Positions 45,856 through 52,355 of a DNA stretch of 52,355 nt are shown here, one piece after another. Each line of letters begins with the position of its first letter. Positions within the stretch are counted from its first letter, which is position 1. The stretch is taken from positions 20,567 to 72,921 of the forward strand of contig CAZLXP010000002.1 in assembly GCA_964563535.1 (NCBI GenBank). Direction: 5' to 3'. The stretch is from an uncultured bacterium. Its GTDB lineage: Bacteria; RBG-13-66-14; B26-G2; WVWN01. The translations under genes were made by a program, and so were the position numbers. The notes under the pieces were generated by a model, which saw nothing but the letters and a program-made list of their open reading frames with translations, was not told the DNA's origin and ran no database searches.

Positions 45856-46542
45856 TTAGTAGCCCCGCAAAGCCTGGAGATGCTTTACCGCCAGCGCGTT
45901 CAAAGCCGGGTCGTCGGTCAACGCCAACGCCCGCTTCCAAAGGCGGATGGCTCGTCCCACCTCGCCCGCATCCTCGGCTAGCAGCGCCAATAACCGTACG
46001 CGCGAAACGTCCTCGTACGTTCCTTCGCCTTGAGTGAGGATTTCTTCGGCTTCTTTCGCCAGTCCCTTTTCTTTTAGTATCAAAGCCAAATTATATTCCG
46101 CGCGGCGGCCGAGGTCGCCCCCCTCTCTCGCTAACAGGCGGTACTCGCGCGCCGCTTCTTCCAAATAGCCCAATTTGTGCCACACCATCGCGACGTTGAA
46201 CCGGGCCGGCGAAAACCCGGCATCGAGCGCCAACGCCTGTTGGTAATAAGAGACCGCGAGGTTGAGGTTATCGCCCCGATATCGGTTGCCGTCCTCGTCG
46301 AATTCGTACGTTAAGGCGAGGTTGTATAATATCGCCGGTTCGCCCGGATACTCCGCGGCGAGCTTTAAAAACGTCTCGCTCGCTTTCTTACGGTCCCCGC
46401 CGCGGGCGAAACCCACGCCTTCATCTAACGCCGCGGTAAAGACGGCGGTGGCCGTTTCGGCCCGCGGGGCGGCCGCGTTCAATAAAAAAGCCGCCGCGGC
46501 CGCGGTTACGAGAAAACTCCGCCTGGCGGGTCGCGACTTCAA
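45856..46542 (-). CDS. Exported tetratricopeptide-repeat protein
   Basis: 228 aa, TTG start overlapping the upstream stop (TTGA). Signal peptide plus several 34-aa TPR-like units (A..Y..AL.L.P....A..NLA...). Confidence 0.7.
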   Translation of the reverse strand: MKSRPARRSFLVTAAAAAFLLNAAAPRAETATAVFTAALDEGVGFARGGDRKKASETFLKLAAEYPGEPAILYNLALTYEFDEDGNRYRGDNLNLAVSYYQQALALDAGFSPARFNVAMVWHKLGYLEEAAREYRLLAREGGDLGRRAEYNLALILKEKGLAKEAEEILTQGEGTYEDVSRVRLLALLAEDAGEVGRAIRLWKRALALTDDPALNALAVKHLQALRGY

Positions 46543-47009
46543 TCCGTTAAACCTACTATGTGGTCAATCCCTTTCGAAAGATTCGCTTCGCCCGTTACGT
46601 TGGCGCTATTGGAAGTAATCACGGCGCCGTTGGCCGTACTTATAAAATCTACGGTAATGGTATATTTATCACCATTTTTAGATACTTTGCCGCGACAGGC
46701 CACCATTGCGCCCAGCTTCTTCCCCAGCGTTGCCGCCGTCGCCGTAGATATCGGTTCACCCTCGCCGATGTCGGAACCTTCCAGGATTTTTTCTATTTTC
46801 TCGGGTTCCACGACTTTGTACTTGCCCAGGTACGCGAGTGCTGTTATCAGGTAGCGGGCGACTACCGGCCCCAGGTAATCGTTTGCGCTTTCGGTCTCAA
46901 AATTAAAAACGGCTATAACGGGCTTAGCCGTTTTGGCCGGCGCGGGTGGCGCGTAAATCAAGAACAAAACGCACAATAACAATAAAACTTGACGGCTGCG
47001 CTTCGGCAT
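46539..47009 (-). CDS. Exported LpoB/CsgG-N-terminal-like small periplasmic protein
   Basis: 156 aa with a signal peptide. The PVIAVFNFETES...YLGPVVARYLITAL..LGKYKVVE pattern resembles LpoB/TolB-N-like periplasmic modules. The ATG directly abuts the upstream TAA, with GAGGAGGA just before it. Confidence 0.45.
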   Translation of the reverse strand: MPKRSRQVLLLLCVLFLIYAPPAPAKTAKPVIAVFNFETESANDYLGPVVARYLITALAYLGKYKVVEPEKIEKILEGSDIGEGEPISTATAATLGKKLGAMVACRGKVSKNGDKYTITVDFISTANGAVITSNSANVTGEANLSKGIDHIVGLTD

Positions 47010-47561
47010 TTATCCTCCTCGTAACGCGTCGGACGGCACCGGGGACGGTCCGGCGGGGACCGCCGGCGGGTGGTTCATGAAATGCGCGAAAACCCTCATA
47101 CGTTCCCTCAGGCTGCGCAGATTGGCGTACATCAAATTCGCGTCGCTCTTGCGGATCTCCCAGAGATAAGCTTTGAAGTCTTCCGAAACGTCCGGGTGTT
47201 CGCGCACGAAAGAATCGATAAGTTGTTCGTGACTTACGAACCGGTTGATGGAGCGCGAGTAGGAATACGTCGTCTCCACGTGGTCGATATACGCTTGTTC
47301 CACCTGGTCGATTTCGGGCGGCGGGTTTAAGTTATTGCCGCCCGCGGACAGCCGGGCGAAGTAGCGGGCGTGGAAAAGGCGGTCGACCAGCGCCGCTATT
47401 AATTCTTTAAGCCGGCCCGGGTCTATTAACTCGGCGCCGTTTTCGCCGTAACGCGCCAGTATTTCGTCGATTAATTGCCCGGCGTCGGCGAACGCGACGT
47501 CGCGCGCGCGGGCGAATAATCGGCGATTCCGCAACAATACTTCGGTATTAGTAGATTTCAT
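47010..47561 (-). CDS. Hypothetical protein
   Basis: 183 aa from MKSTNTEV. The ATG at 47561 lies inside the last 14 nt of the upstream gene. No signal peptide and no recognised motif. Confidence 0.55.
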   Translation of the reverse strand: MKSTNTEVLLRNRRLFARARDVAFADAGQLIDEILARYGENGAELIDPGRLKELIAALVDRLFHARYFARLSAGGNNLNPPPEIDQVEQAYIDHVETTYSYSRSINRFVSHEQLIDSFVREHPDVSEDFKAYLWEIRKSDANLMYANLRSLRERMRVFAHFMNHPPAVPAGPSPVPSDALRGG

Positions 47562-49002
47562 CGAGAATCGTACGTTGTTGGCTGAGGTAATCGATTTCGT
47601 GGGCCTCCGTAAGTACGGTTCCGGCCGCGCGGTCCCCCACCCGGCGCCCCTTGGAGTCGGTGAACGCATAGACCACGTCCAATATATTTACGAGGGGTAC
47701 GAGTAACGTCAGATTCCGCACGATGGAGTGGACGACGTTGGCGTGTCGTTCGTAGTCGTCGATCTTTACCACGCGTAACCCCATGATGCGCTTGCCGATG
47801 CTCGCGCCGCCCGCGTCCCGCACGAGGAAGTAGAACAATCCAATCCCCACTATCGTACCCCAAAACAACTGCCGGTAGTAATATTGGTCCGGCCCCGGCA
47901 AGTACGGGTTCATGTTCAAAAAGCTGAATATAAGGGCTACGACGAAATAAAAGAGGCTTATAAAGAACAAATCCACGAGTTGGGCGGCTACGCGCCTTAT
48001 GAACGAGGGCCGCGAGAAATCTAGAACTACCGAACGGTCGACCTTCAACCTTTTGCCCTTTTCTAAGCCGACCTCTTCGTCCGCCGATACCTTTTTGAAC
48101 TCAACCTCTTCGACCGAAATTTTCGCCGGCTCGGGCGGCGCGGGTTTACGTTCGGGCGCGGGAGGCGGTATGGATATTGAGACCAGGTCGCCCACCTTAG
48201 GCCCGGAGATATGTTTTTCGGGCGGCGGTATGGCGGGGCCGGCGATAGGGCCGACGGGTTGAATACCTGCGGGCGCCGGTCCCGCGGGCGTAGCCGCCCT
48301 GGGGAGCGGCCAAGTAGGCTTCGCCTCGAGCGGACCGACTTCGGGCGGCGCTGGGGGGCCCGCCGGCGCGGACGGTACCGACGGTTCACCGCCGGGCATC
48401 GGCGGCGGGACCTCCGGTTCCGGCGCCTCCAAGTCCACGAATATGTCGGCGAAATCGGCTATCTCCGCGAGTTTTACCCATTTTTTAGATTGGGGTTCCC
48501 AGACGTAGTGGTCGCGGTTGAATTCGCCGCTCAAGATTTTTTCTTCGACTTCGCCGAATTCGAACGGCCCGAAACGCGCCCCTTCTTTGCCGAGATAATA
48601 CTTCTTTACGGCTTTCGGCGGCGCGCCTTGCGTAAGGTATTTCGAAAATACGACGTGTTCCGCGGCCTTCAACCACCGGTTGGATTCGGCGTCCCAAACG
48701 AAATGGTTGCCTTTGAAGCGGCCTCGTTCGATTTCCTTAATTATGGCATCGCGGGGGAAGGGGCCGCCGGTCTTGCCTTCGACGTTGATGAAGAAACCTT
48801 CTTCCGGCACGGCCGAGGCCGCGGTTTCCTCTTCAAAAATGCCGGCCAACTCGGCGTGGAATTTGATTTTAATCCACCTGCCCTGTTTCGCATCCCAAAC
48901 GTAATCCTCTTGCGAAACAGTTTTGTTAGTGACCAACTCGCGGACCTCGGCGGTATCAAGAGGGCCGCGTTGGTTGCCGTTGATATTCAAATAATACTCC
49001 AT
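47548..49002 (-). CDS. Triple GYF_2 (DUF4339) domain / Pro-rich linker / RDD-family membrane protein
   Basis: 484 aa. Three repeats of the pattern YY(L/I)..G...GP......I......VW......W.K, a PPxP-rich linker, then an RDD-type membrane domain (RRVAAQLVDLFF..., VRDAGGASIGKRIMGLRVV, VGDRAAGTVL). Confidence 0.8.
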   Translation of the reverse strand: MEYYLNINGNQRGPLDTAEVRELVTNKTVSQEDYVWDAKQGRWIKIKFHAELAGIFEEETAASAVPEEGFFINVEGKTGGPFPRDAIIKEIERGRFKGNHFVWDAESNRWLKAAEHVVFSKYLTQGAPPKAVKKYYLGKEGARFGPFEFGEVEEKILSGEFNRDHYVWEPQSKKWVKLAEIADFADIFVDLEAPEPEVPPPMPGGEPSVPSAPAGPPAPPEVGPLEAKPTWPLPRAATPAGPAPAGIQPVGPIAGPAIPPPEKHISGPKVGDLVSISIPPPAPERKPAPPEPAKISVEEVEFKKVSADEEVGLEKGKRLKVDRSVVLDFSRPSFIRRVAAQLVDLFFISLFYFVVALIFSFLNMNPYLPGPDQYYYRQLFWGTIVGIGLFYFLVRDAGGASIGKRIMGLRVVKIDDYERHANVVHSIVRNLTLLVPLVNILDVVYAFTDSKGRRVGDRAAGTVLTEAHEIDYLSQQRTILDEIY

Positions 49003-49027
49003 ATTAGCTCCGGGGGCGGCACCGGTT

Positions 49028-49101
49028 TGCGCCCGAGAGGATTCGAACCTCCGGCCTATGGTTTAGGAAACCATCGCTCTATCCGGCTGAGCTACGGGCG
49101 C
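49028..49101 (-). tRNA. tRNA-Arg (anticodon CCT), no encoded CCA
   Basis: The reverse complement is GCGCCCGTAGCTCAGCCGGATAGAGCGATGGTTTCCTAAACCATAGGCCGGAGGTTCGAATCCTCTCGGGCGCA. It folds into a cloverleaf with anticodon loop TTCCTAA. Confidence 0.9.
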
Positions 49102-49121
49102 TCCCGAATCTCCGACCATAA

Positions 49122-49150
49122 TTTATAACATAATATGTCCCGGGGTGCAA
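49122..49150 (-). promoter_or_regulatory. Predicted sigma70-type promoter of tRNA-Arg
   Basis: The minus strand reads TTGCAC (49150..49145), a 17-nt spacer ending in TGT, then TATAAA (49127..49122). It lies 20 nt before the tRNA 5' end. Confidence 0.55.
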
Positions 49151-49164
49151 CATTACACGCCGAA

Positions 49165-49689
49165 CTAGTCGTAATGGATTATCGAAAATACCTCGTAATC
49201 GCGTAATTTTTCGCGGCCGGACAGGAAGTCGAGCTCGACCAGGAATACAAAAGCCTCTACCGTCGCTCCGCACGATTCTATCAACCGCGCCGTCGCGAGC
49301 GCCGTGCCGCCCGTCGCCAGCAGGTCGTCGCACACCAAAACCCGGTCGCCGGCGCCGAAAGCGTCGGCGTGTACCTCCACGGCGTCGGTGCCGTATTCCA
49401 ATTCGTATTCCTCGCGCCGGGTTTTGCACGGCAACTTGCCCGGTTTACGGATGGGGACGAAACCTGCGCCCAAAAGAAAAGCTACGGGGGCGCCCAGGAT
49501 AAATCCTCTGGCCTCTACGGAAGCCACGTAGTCGATGCCGCGGTCGCGATACCTGTCGGCCAAAGCGCCGACGGCCAGTTTAAAAGCCTCCGGGTCGCGC
49601 AAAAGGGTCGTAATATCCTTGAATATAATGCCTTGTTTGGGCCAATCTCGAACGTCGCGGATGCAACTTTTAAGCCTTTCGTCGATCAC
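49165..49689 (-). CDS. apt: Adenine phosphoribosyltransferase
   Basis: 174 aa. [13 protein letters not shown], and the [18 protein letters not shown]-binding loop. Confidence 0.92.
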   Translation of the reverse strand: MIDERLKSCIRDVRDWPKQGIIFKDITTLLRDPEAFKLAVGALADRYRDRGIDYVASVEARGFILGAPVAFLLGAGFVPIRKPGKLPCKTRREEYELEYGTDAVEVHADAFGAGDRVLVCDDLLATGGTALATARLIESCGATVEAFVFLVELDFLSGREKLRDYEVFSIIHYD

Positions 49690-49717
49690 TTAACGCTCCT
49701 TTCGACGGGCCGCGACG

Positions 49718-50695
49718 TCATGAAACGTCGCCGAACAAATCCCCGCTTACGCCACCCTCGGCCTTAGCCATTTGCCGCAACTTATTCAACGCCTCTTTTT
49801 CGATTTGGCGTACGCGTTCGCGCGTTATATTTAGCTTCTCGCCGGTCTTCTTCAGCGTCAATTGTTCGTGGCCGTCCAGGCCGAACCTCATGCGCAAGAC
49901 GTCCTGCTCCCTTTCGCTCAAGCGCTTCATAAGTTCGGCGAGTCTGCCGTACCTCACCAGTAAATAGGCCGTGGCGTACGGGGCTTCGGCCCGCGAGTTC
50001 TCGACTTTTTCCAAAAGCGACTTCTCCCCCCCGGGCATATCCGCGTCGAGTTTGTACGGCCGGCGCGAGGACAAGAGTATCCGTTCCACCTGTTCGCGCG
50101 AAATACCCATGACGGCCGCTACTTCGGCCGGCGCCGGTTCCCGCTCCAAGTCGTGGGCCAACCCTTGCATCGTGCGGAAGTATTTTTTGGTGAGGTCGAC
50201 GACGTGAACCGGGACCCGTATCGTCCGGCCCTGGTTTATGAGGGCCCGGTTGATAGTCTGCCGTATCCACCACGTGGCGTAGGTGCTGAACCGGCACCCC
50301 TTGCGGTACGAGAATTTTTCCACGGCGCGGATGAGGCCCAGGTTCCCTTCCTCGATAAGGTCTAAGAACGACATCCCCCTGCCGATGAACTGCTTGGCTA
50401 CGTTTACGACCAGCCGCAAGTTGGAAACGATCATCTTCGCCCTGGCGTCGGCGTCTCCCTTTTCCACTCTCTGGGCCAGCGCGAGTTCTTCCTCTTTGGT
50501 GAGGATGGGAATTTTGGAGATATCCAAGAGGTAGGCCCGCACGAGGTTGGCTTCGTACTCTTGTTCCGACTCGAATTCCTCTATTACTTCCGAGATCTGG
50601 TCGGGGCCGAGCGCGTCTTCCTCTTCGGGTTGGGCTTCTTCGTCGAAGCTCTCCGGTTCTTCGGTTTCTTCTTTCGCGCGTGTCTTCTCAGTCAC
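49718..50695 (-). CDS. rpoD: RNA polymerase sigma factor, sigma70 family group 1/2 (RpoD/SigA-like, short acidic N-terminus)
   Basis: 325 aa, GTG start after GGTGAGG. Region 1.2 ([16 protein letters not shown]), region 2 ([17 protein letters not shown]...YATWWIRQ), and region 4.2 ([20 protein letters not shown]). I cannot tell by eye whether it is the primary sigma factor. Confidence 0.8.
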   Translation of the reverse strand: MTEKTRAKEETEEPESFDEEAQPEEEDALGPDQISEVIEEFESEQEYEANLVRAYLLDISKIPILTKEEELALAQRVEKGDADARAKMIVSNLRLVVNVAKQFIGRGMSFLDLIEEGNLGLIRAVEKFSYRKGCRFSTYATWWIRQTINRALINQGRTIRVPVHVVDLTKKYFRTMQGLAHDLEREPAPAEVAAVMGISREQVERILLSSRRPYKLDADMPGGEKSLLEKVENSRAEAPYATAYLLVRYGRLAELMKRLSEREQDVLRMRFGLDGHEQLTLKKTGEKLNITRERVRQIEKEALNKLRQMAKAEGGVSGDLFGDVS

Positions 50696-50826
50696 GAGTA
50701 AACCTCACCGCCGGGTCACGACCAAGCAGGCGGTAGCGACGTCGCACCCGCTTTGGAGCTTTATCATAAATCGCGTATTGGCCGTTAGGAGAGCGCATCT
50801 TCCGGTACGTGCCGCATCTTCCGCCG

Positions 50827-51114
50827 TTAGAACTTTACGGCGAAGGAGCTGTATTCGCCGCGAGGTTTTTCGCCGAGTACCCGCACGTCGCGGACCCGGC
50901 CGTACGGCGGCCCTTTACGGAGCACGTTTACGAAGGCCGTCACCTCGCCCCTCGGCCCCTCCAAGACGACCTCTACGGACCCGTCGTACAGGTTCCGCAC
51001 GTAGCCCGTAACGGCGAAAGCCGCCGCTTCCCGCACCGCCCAATAACGAAAGCCGACCCCCTGCACCATGCCGGAGAACGTCAACCTGCGCCCAATAACG
51101 TCGCCGACGGACAT
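50827..51114 (-). CDS. acyP: Acylphosphatase
   Basis: 95 aa from MSVGDV. The VQGVGFRYW motif and ...GYVRNL.DGSVEVV.EG... pattern. The tracked 51177 start overlaps the upstream gene. Confidence 0.85.
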   Translation of the reverse strand: MSVGDVIGRRLTFSGMVQGVGFRYWAVREAAAFAVTGYVRNLYDGSVEVVLEGPRGEVTAFVNVLRKGPPYGRVRDVRVLGEKPRGEYSSFAVKF

Positions 51115-51119
51115 GATGA

Positions 51120-51572
51120 TTACTTGAATAACGACGCGAGTTTCCGCACCGCGACGTCCGCGTCCGCCGCCGGCCAAACTCCCTCGATGCCGGGCCAGGT
51201 GTTAATTCCGATAACCGGTTTGCCGAGCTTAAGGGCGAGGGCGATTTCCGACAACGTCCCGAATCGGCCTCCTACGGCAACCACGGCGTCGGCCGCGGCC
51301 ACGACTACGGCGTTTCGCGCGTGGCCCAGGCCGGTCGGGATTATTATTTTGACGTAGTCGTTAGCGGACGACGCGTCGTACGTAGGAAGAATGCCGACGG
51401 TCGTGCCTCCGGCTTCCGCGGCTCCTCTGCTCGCCGCTTCCATGACGCCGCCCAAGCCGCCGGTTATTACCACCCATCCGCGTTCCGCGGCCAAGCGCCC
51501 GACGTTGGTGGCAACCTCGAGGTGTACCGTCTCGGTTACCGCGTCGCCTATAACGCCGATTTGAATGGGCAT
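51120..51572 (-). CDS. TIGR00725/LOG-like (Rossmann, lysine-decarboxylase-like) family protein
   Basis: 150 aa. IGVIGDA..., VITGGLGGVMEAASRGA...GG..VGILP, and GG.GTLSE pattern. Confidence 0.75.
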   Translation of the reverse strand: MPIQIGVIGDAVTETVHLEVATNVGRLAAERGWVVITGGLGGVMEAASRGAAEAGGTTVGILPTYDASSANDYVKIIIPTGLGHARNAVVVAAADAVVAVGGRFGTLSEIALALKLGKPVIGINTWPGIEGVWPAADADVAVRKLASLFK

Positions 51573-51620
51573 AAAAAGTTGCCGACGCGCGGCCTCGAGG
51601 GGGCCGCGGTGGCATTATTT

Positions 51621-51694
51621 TGGGGGCGAGAGGATTTGAACCTCCGACCACCTGCCCCCCATACAGGTGCGCTACCGGACTGCGCTACGCCCCC
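51621..51694 (-). tRNA. tRNA-Pro (anticodon GGG), no encoded CCA
   Basis: The reverse complement is GGGGGCGTAGCGCAGTCCGGTAGCGCACCTGTATGGGGGGCAGGTGGTCGGAGGTTCAAATCCTCTCGCCCCCA. Anticodon loop ATGGGGG. Confidence 0.85.
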
Positions 51695-51708
51695 TTACGG
51701 GCGTCCCT

Positions 51709-51737
51709 ATAATAAATTAAAACAACGCGTTCGGCAA
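51709..51737 (-). promoter_or_regulatory. Predicted sigma70-type promoter of tRNA-Pro(GGG)
   Basis: The minus strand reads TTGCCG (51737..51732), a 17-nt spacer, then TATTAT (51714..51709). It lies 14 nt before the tRNA 5' end. Confidence 0.5.
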
Positions 51738-51820
51738 GCCCAAAATTCGCCCCGCGGCGGAGTTTCGGCGGCACCGCATCCTACGACCGTGCTTTGCTTA
51801 AGGGCTTACCTCTTGCAAAC

Positions 51821-51847
51821 GGAAAAGAGACTCCTGGAGGAGTCTCC
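51821..51847 (-). terminator. Rho-independent terminator after tRNA-Pro(CGG)
   Basis: The minus strand reads GAGACTCC-TCCA-GGAGTCTC followed by TTTT, starting about 10 nt after the tRNA 3' end. Confidence 0.7.
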
Positions 51848-51856
51848 TTAATACTT

Positions 51857-51930
51857 TCGGGGCGAGAGGATTTGAACCTCCGACCCCCTAGTCCCGAACC
51901 AGGTGCGCTACCAGACTGCGCTACGCCCCG
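51857..51930 (-). tRNA. tRNA-Pro (anticodon CGG), no encoded CCA
   Basis: The reverse complement is CGGGGCGTAGCGCAGTCTGGTAGCGCACCTGGTTCGGGACTAGGGGGTCGGAGGTTCAAATCCTCTCGCCCCGA. Anticodon loop TTCGGGA. Confidence 0.88.
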
Positions 51931-51965
51931 ATAACGTACGTCCCGAATTACACGCCTACCCGTGT

Positions 51966-51994
51966 ATTATACAAAATTGCCCTTCGATATGCAA
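51966..51994 (-). promoter_or_regulatory. Predicted sigma70-type promoter of tRNA-Pro(CGG)
   Basis: The minus strand reads TTGCAT (51994..51989), a 17-nt spacer, then TATAAT (51971..51966). It lies 35 nt before the tRNA 5' end. Confidence 0.55.
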
Positions 51995-52012
51995 GCGGTA
52001 ACCGGCCGCATA

Positions 52013-52355
52013 TTACCGCCGGCGCCGCTTCCCGGTTCCCGGCTCGAGGAAACCGAGCAATCCTTCAAGGTCGCCGCGGAGCTCGGCGATAATATTTTTG
52101 TCTTGGGCGGGCCGCCGCCGCGCGGCCGCCAGCTTTTTGCGGGCCCCGGCGATAGTGTAACCGTCGTCGTAGAGGAGTTTCTTAATCGCCCATATTAATA
52201 AAATGTCGTTTTTACGATATGCGCGGCGCCCGTTGGACCGTTTCTCGGGTTTTAGCGTAGGGAACTCCGATTCCCAATATCGAAGTATATGGCTTTTCAG
52301 GCCGGTGAGCGTCGAGACTTCGCCGATGGAGTAGAAAATTTTATGCCGGTCTTTT
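52013..52355 (-). CDS. MerR-family transcriptional regulator (5' end beyond window edge)
   Basis: Not in the ORF track because no start codon lies inside the window. The hand translation of the minus strand from 52354 reads KDRHKIFYSIGEVSTLTGLKSHILRYWESEFPTLKPEKRSNGRRAYRKNDILLIWAIKKLLYDDGYTIAGARKKL...*, with TAA at 52013..52015. This is a canonical MerR HTH. The plus-strand ORF 51962..52198 is its antisense shadow. Confidence 0.8.
   Translation of the reverse strand, partial: KDRHKIFYSIGEVSTLTGLKSHILRYWESEFPTLKPEKRSNGRRAYRKNDILLIWAIKKLLYDDGYTIAGARKKLAAARRRPAQDKNIIAELRGDLEGLLGFLEPGTGKRRRR

Noticed and set aside
1-52355. CRISPR arrays, transposases/IS elements, prophage genes, toxin-antitoxin pairs and defence systems.
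   Set aside because: I saw no regularly spaced direct repeats anywhere. No ORF had integrase, transposase, Cas, nuclease-ATPase or toxin-like signatures. Essentially all of the coding capacity is accounted for by housekeeping or conserved hypothetical genes.

Overview
This is a 52.4-kb, gene-dense, high-GC segment (hand counts about 64% G+C in typical coding stretches). It looks like chromosome from an anaerobic, LPS-containing (diderm) bacterium, and the content is mostly housekeeping. There is no CRISPR array, integrase, transposase or recognisable defence or toxin module. Left arm (1-12.8 kb, minus strand): two AgmX/TonB_C-domain proteins, a seven-gene hdrCBA-mvhD-flxCBA-type operon, etfBA, an arsR / thioredoxin-fold / acr3 operon, and a CdsA-like kinase. 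Middle (12.9-43.2 kb, mostly plus strand): gltX, tRNA-Gln, a B12-type radical SAM gene convergent with a DUF3795 / PflX-like radical SAM pair, and a beta-barrel protein, flavoprotein and unknown protein. It continues with purC/F/M/H/D/E interleaved with membrane proteins, dCMP deaminase, tsaC, gmk, coaBC, udg, a decayed pseudogene, an M3 peptidase, kdsA-kdsD-lptC-nrdR and galT-glgA. Right arm (43.3-52.4 kb, minus strand): a partial MerR gene cut by the window edge (absent from the ORF track), two tRNA-Pro genes, a TIGR00725/LOG-like gene, acyP, a sigma70-family gene, apt and tRNA-Arg. A translationally coupled GYFx3-RDD / unknown / LpoB-like / TPR gene set follows, then sppA, DUF4349, an IHF/HU gene and an untracked 29-aa hyper-basic ORF. 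Signals the ORF track does not explain: (1) a strong candidate XerC/D dif site inside an ~18% GC island, exactly where the plus-strand and minus-strand gene blocks converge, with a weaker dif-like copy 86 bp away; (2) a perfect 14-bp inverted repeat bracketing the predicted hdr promoter; (3) a ~200-bp patch of ~32% GC inside coaBC; (4) a reading frame broken by two single-base nonsense codons; (5) very regular TTGnnn-17-TAnnnT promoters in front of every tRNA gene and several operons. I did not find a clear-cut novel multi-gene system. The best candidates for unexplored biology are the Etf + Hdr/Flx pairing and the coupled GYF-RDD envelope gene set. All calls are by-eye motif recognition; no searches were run.
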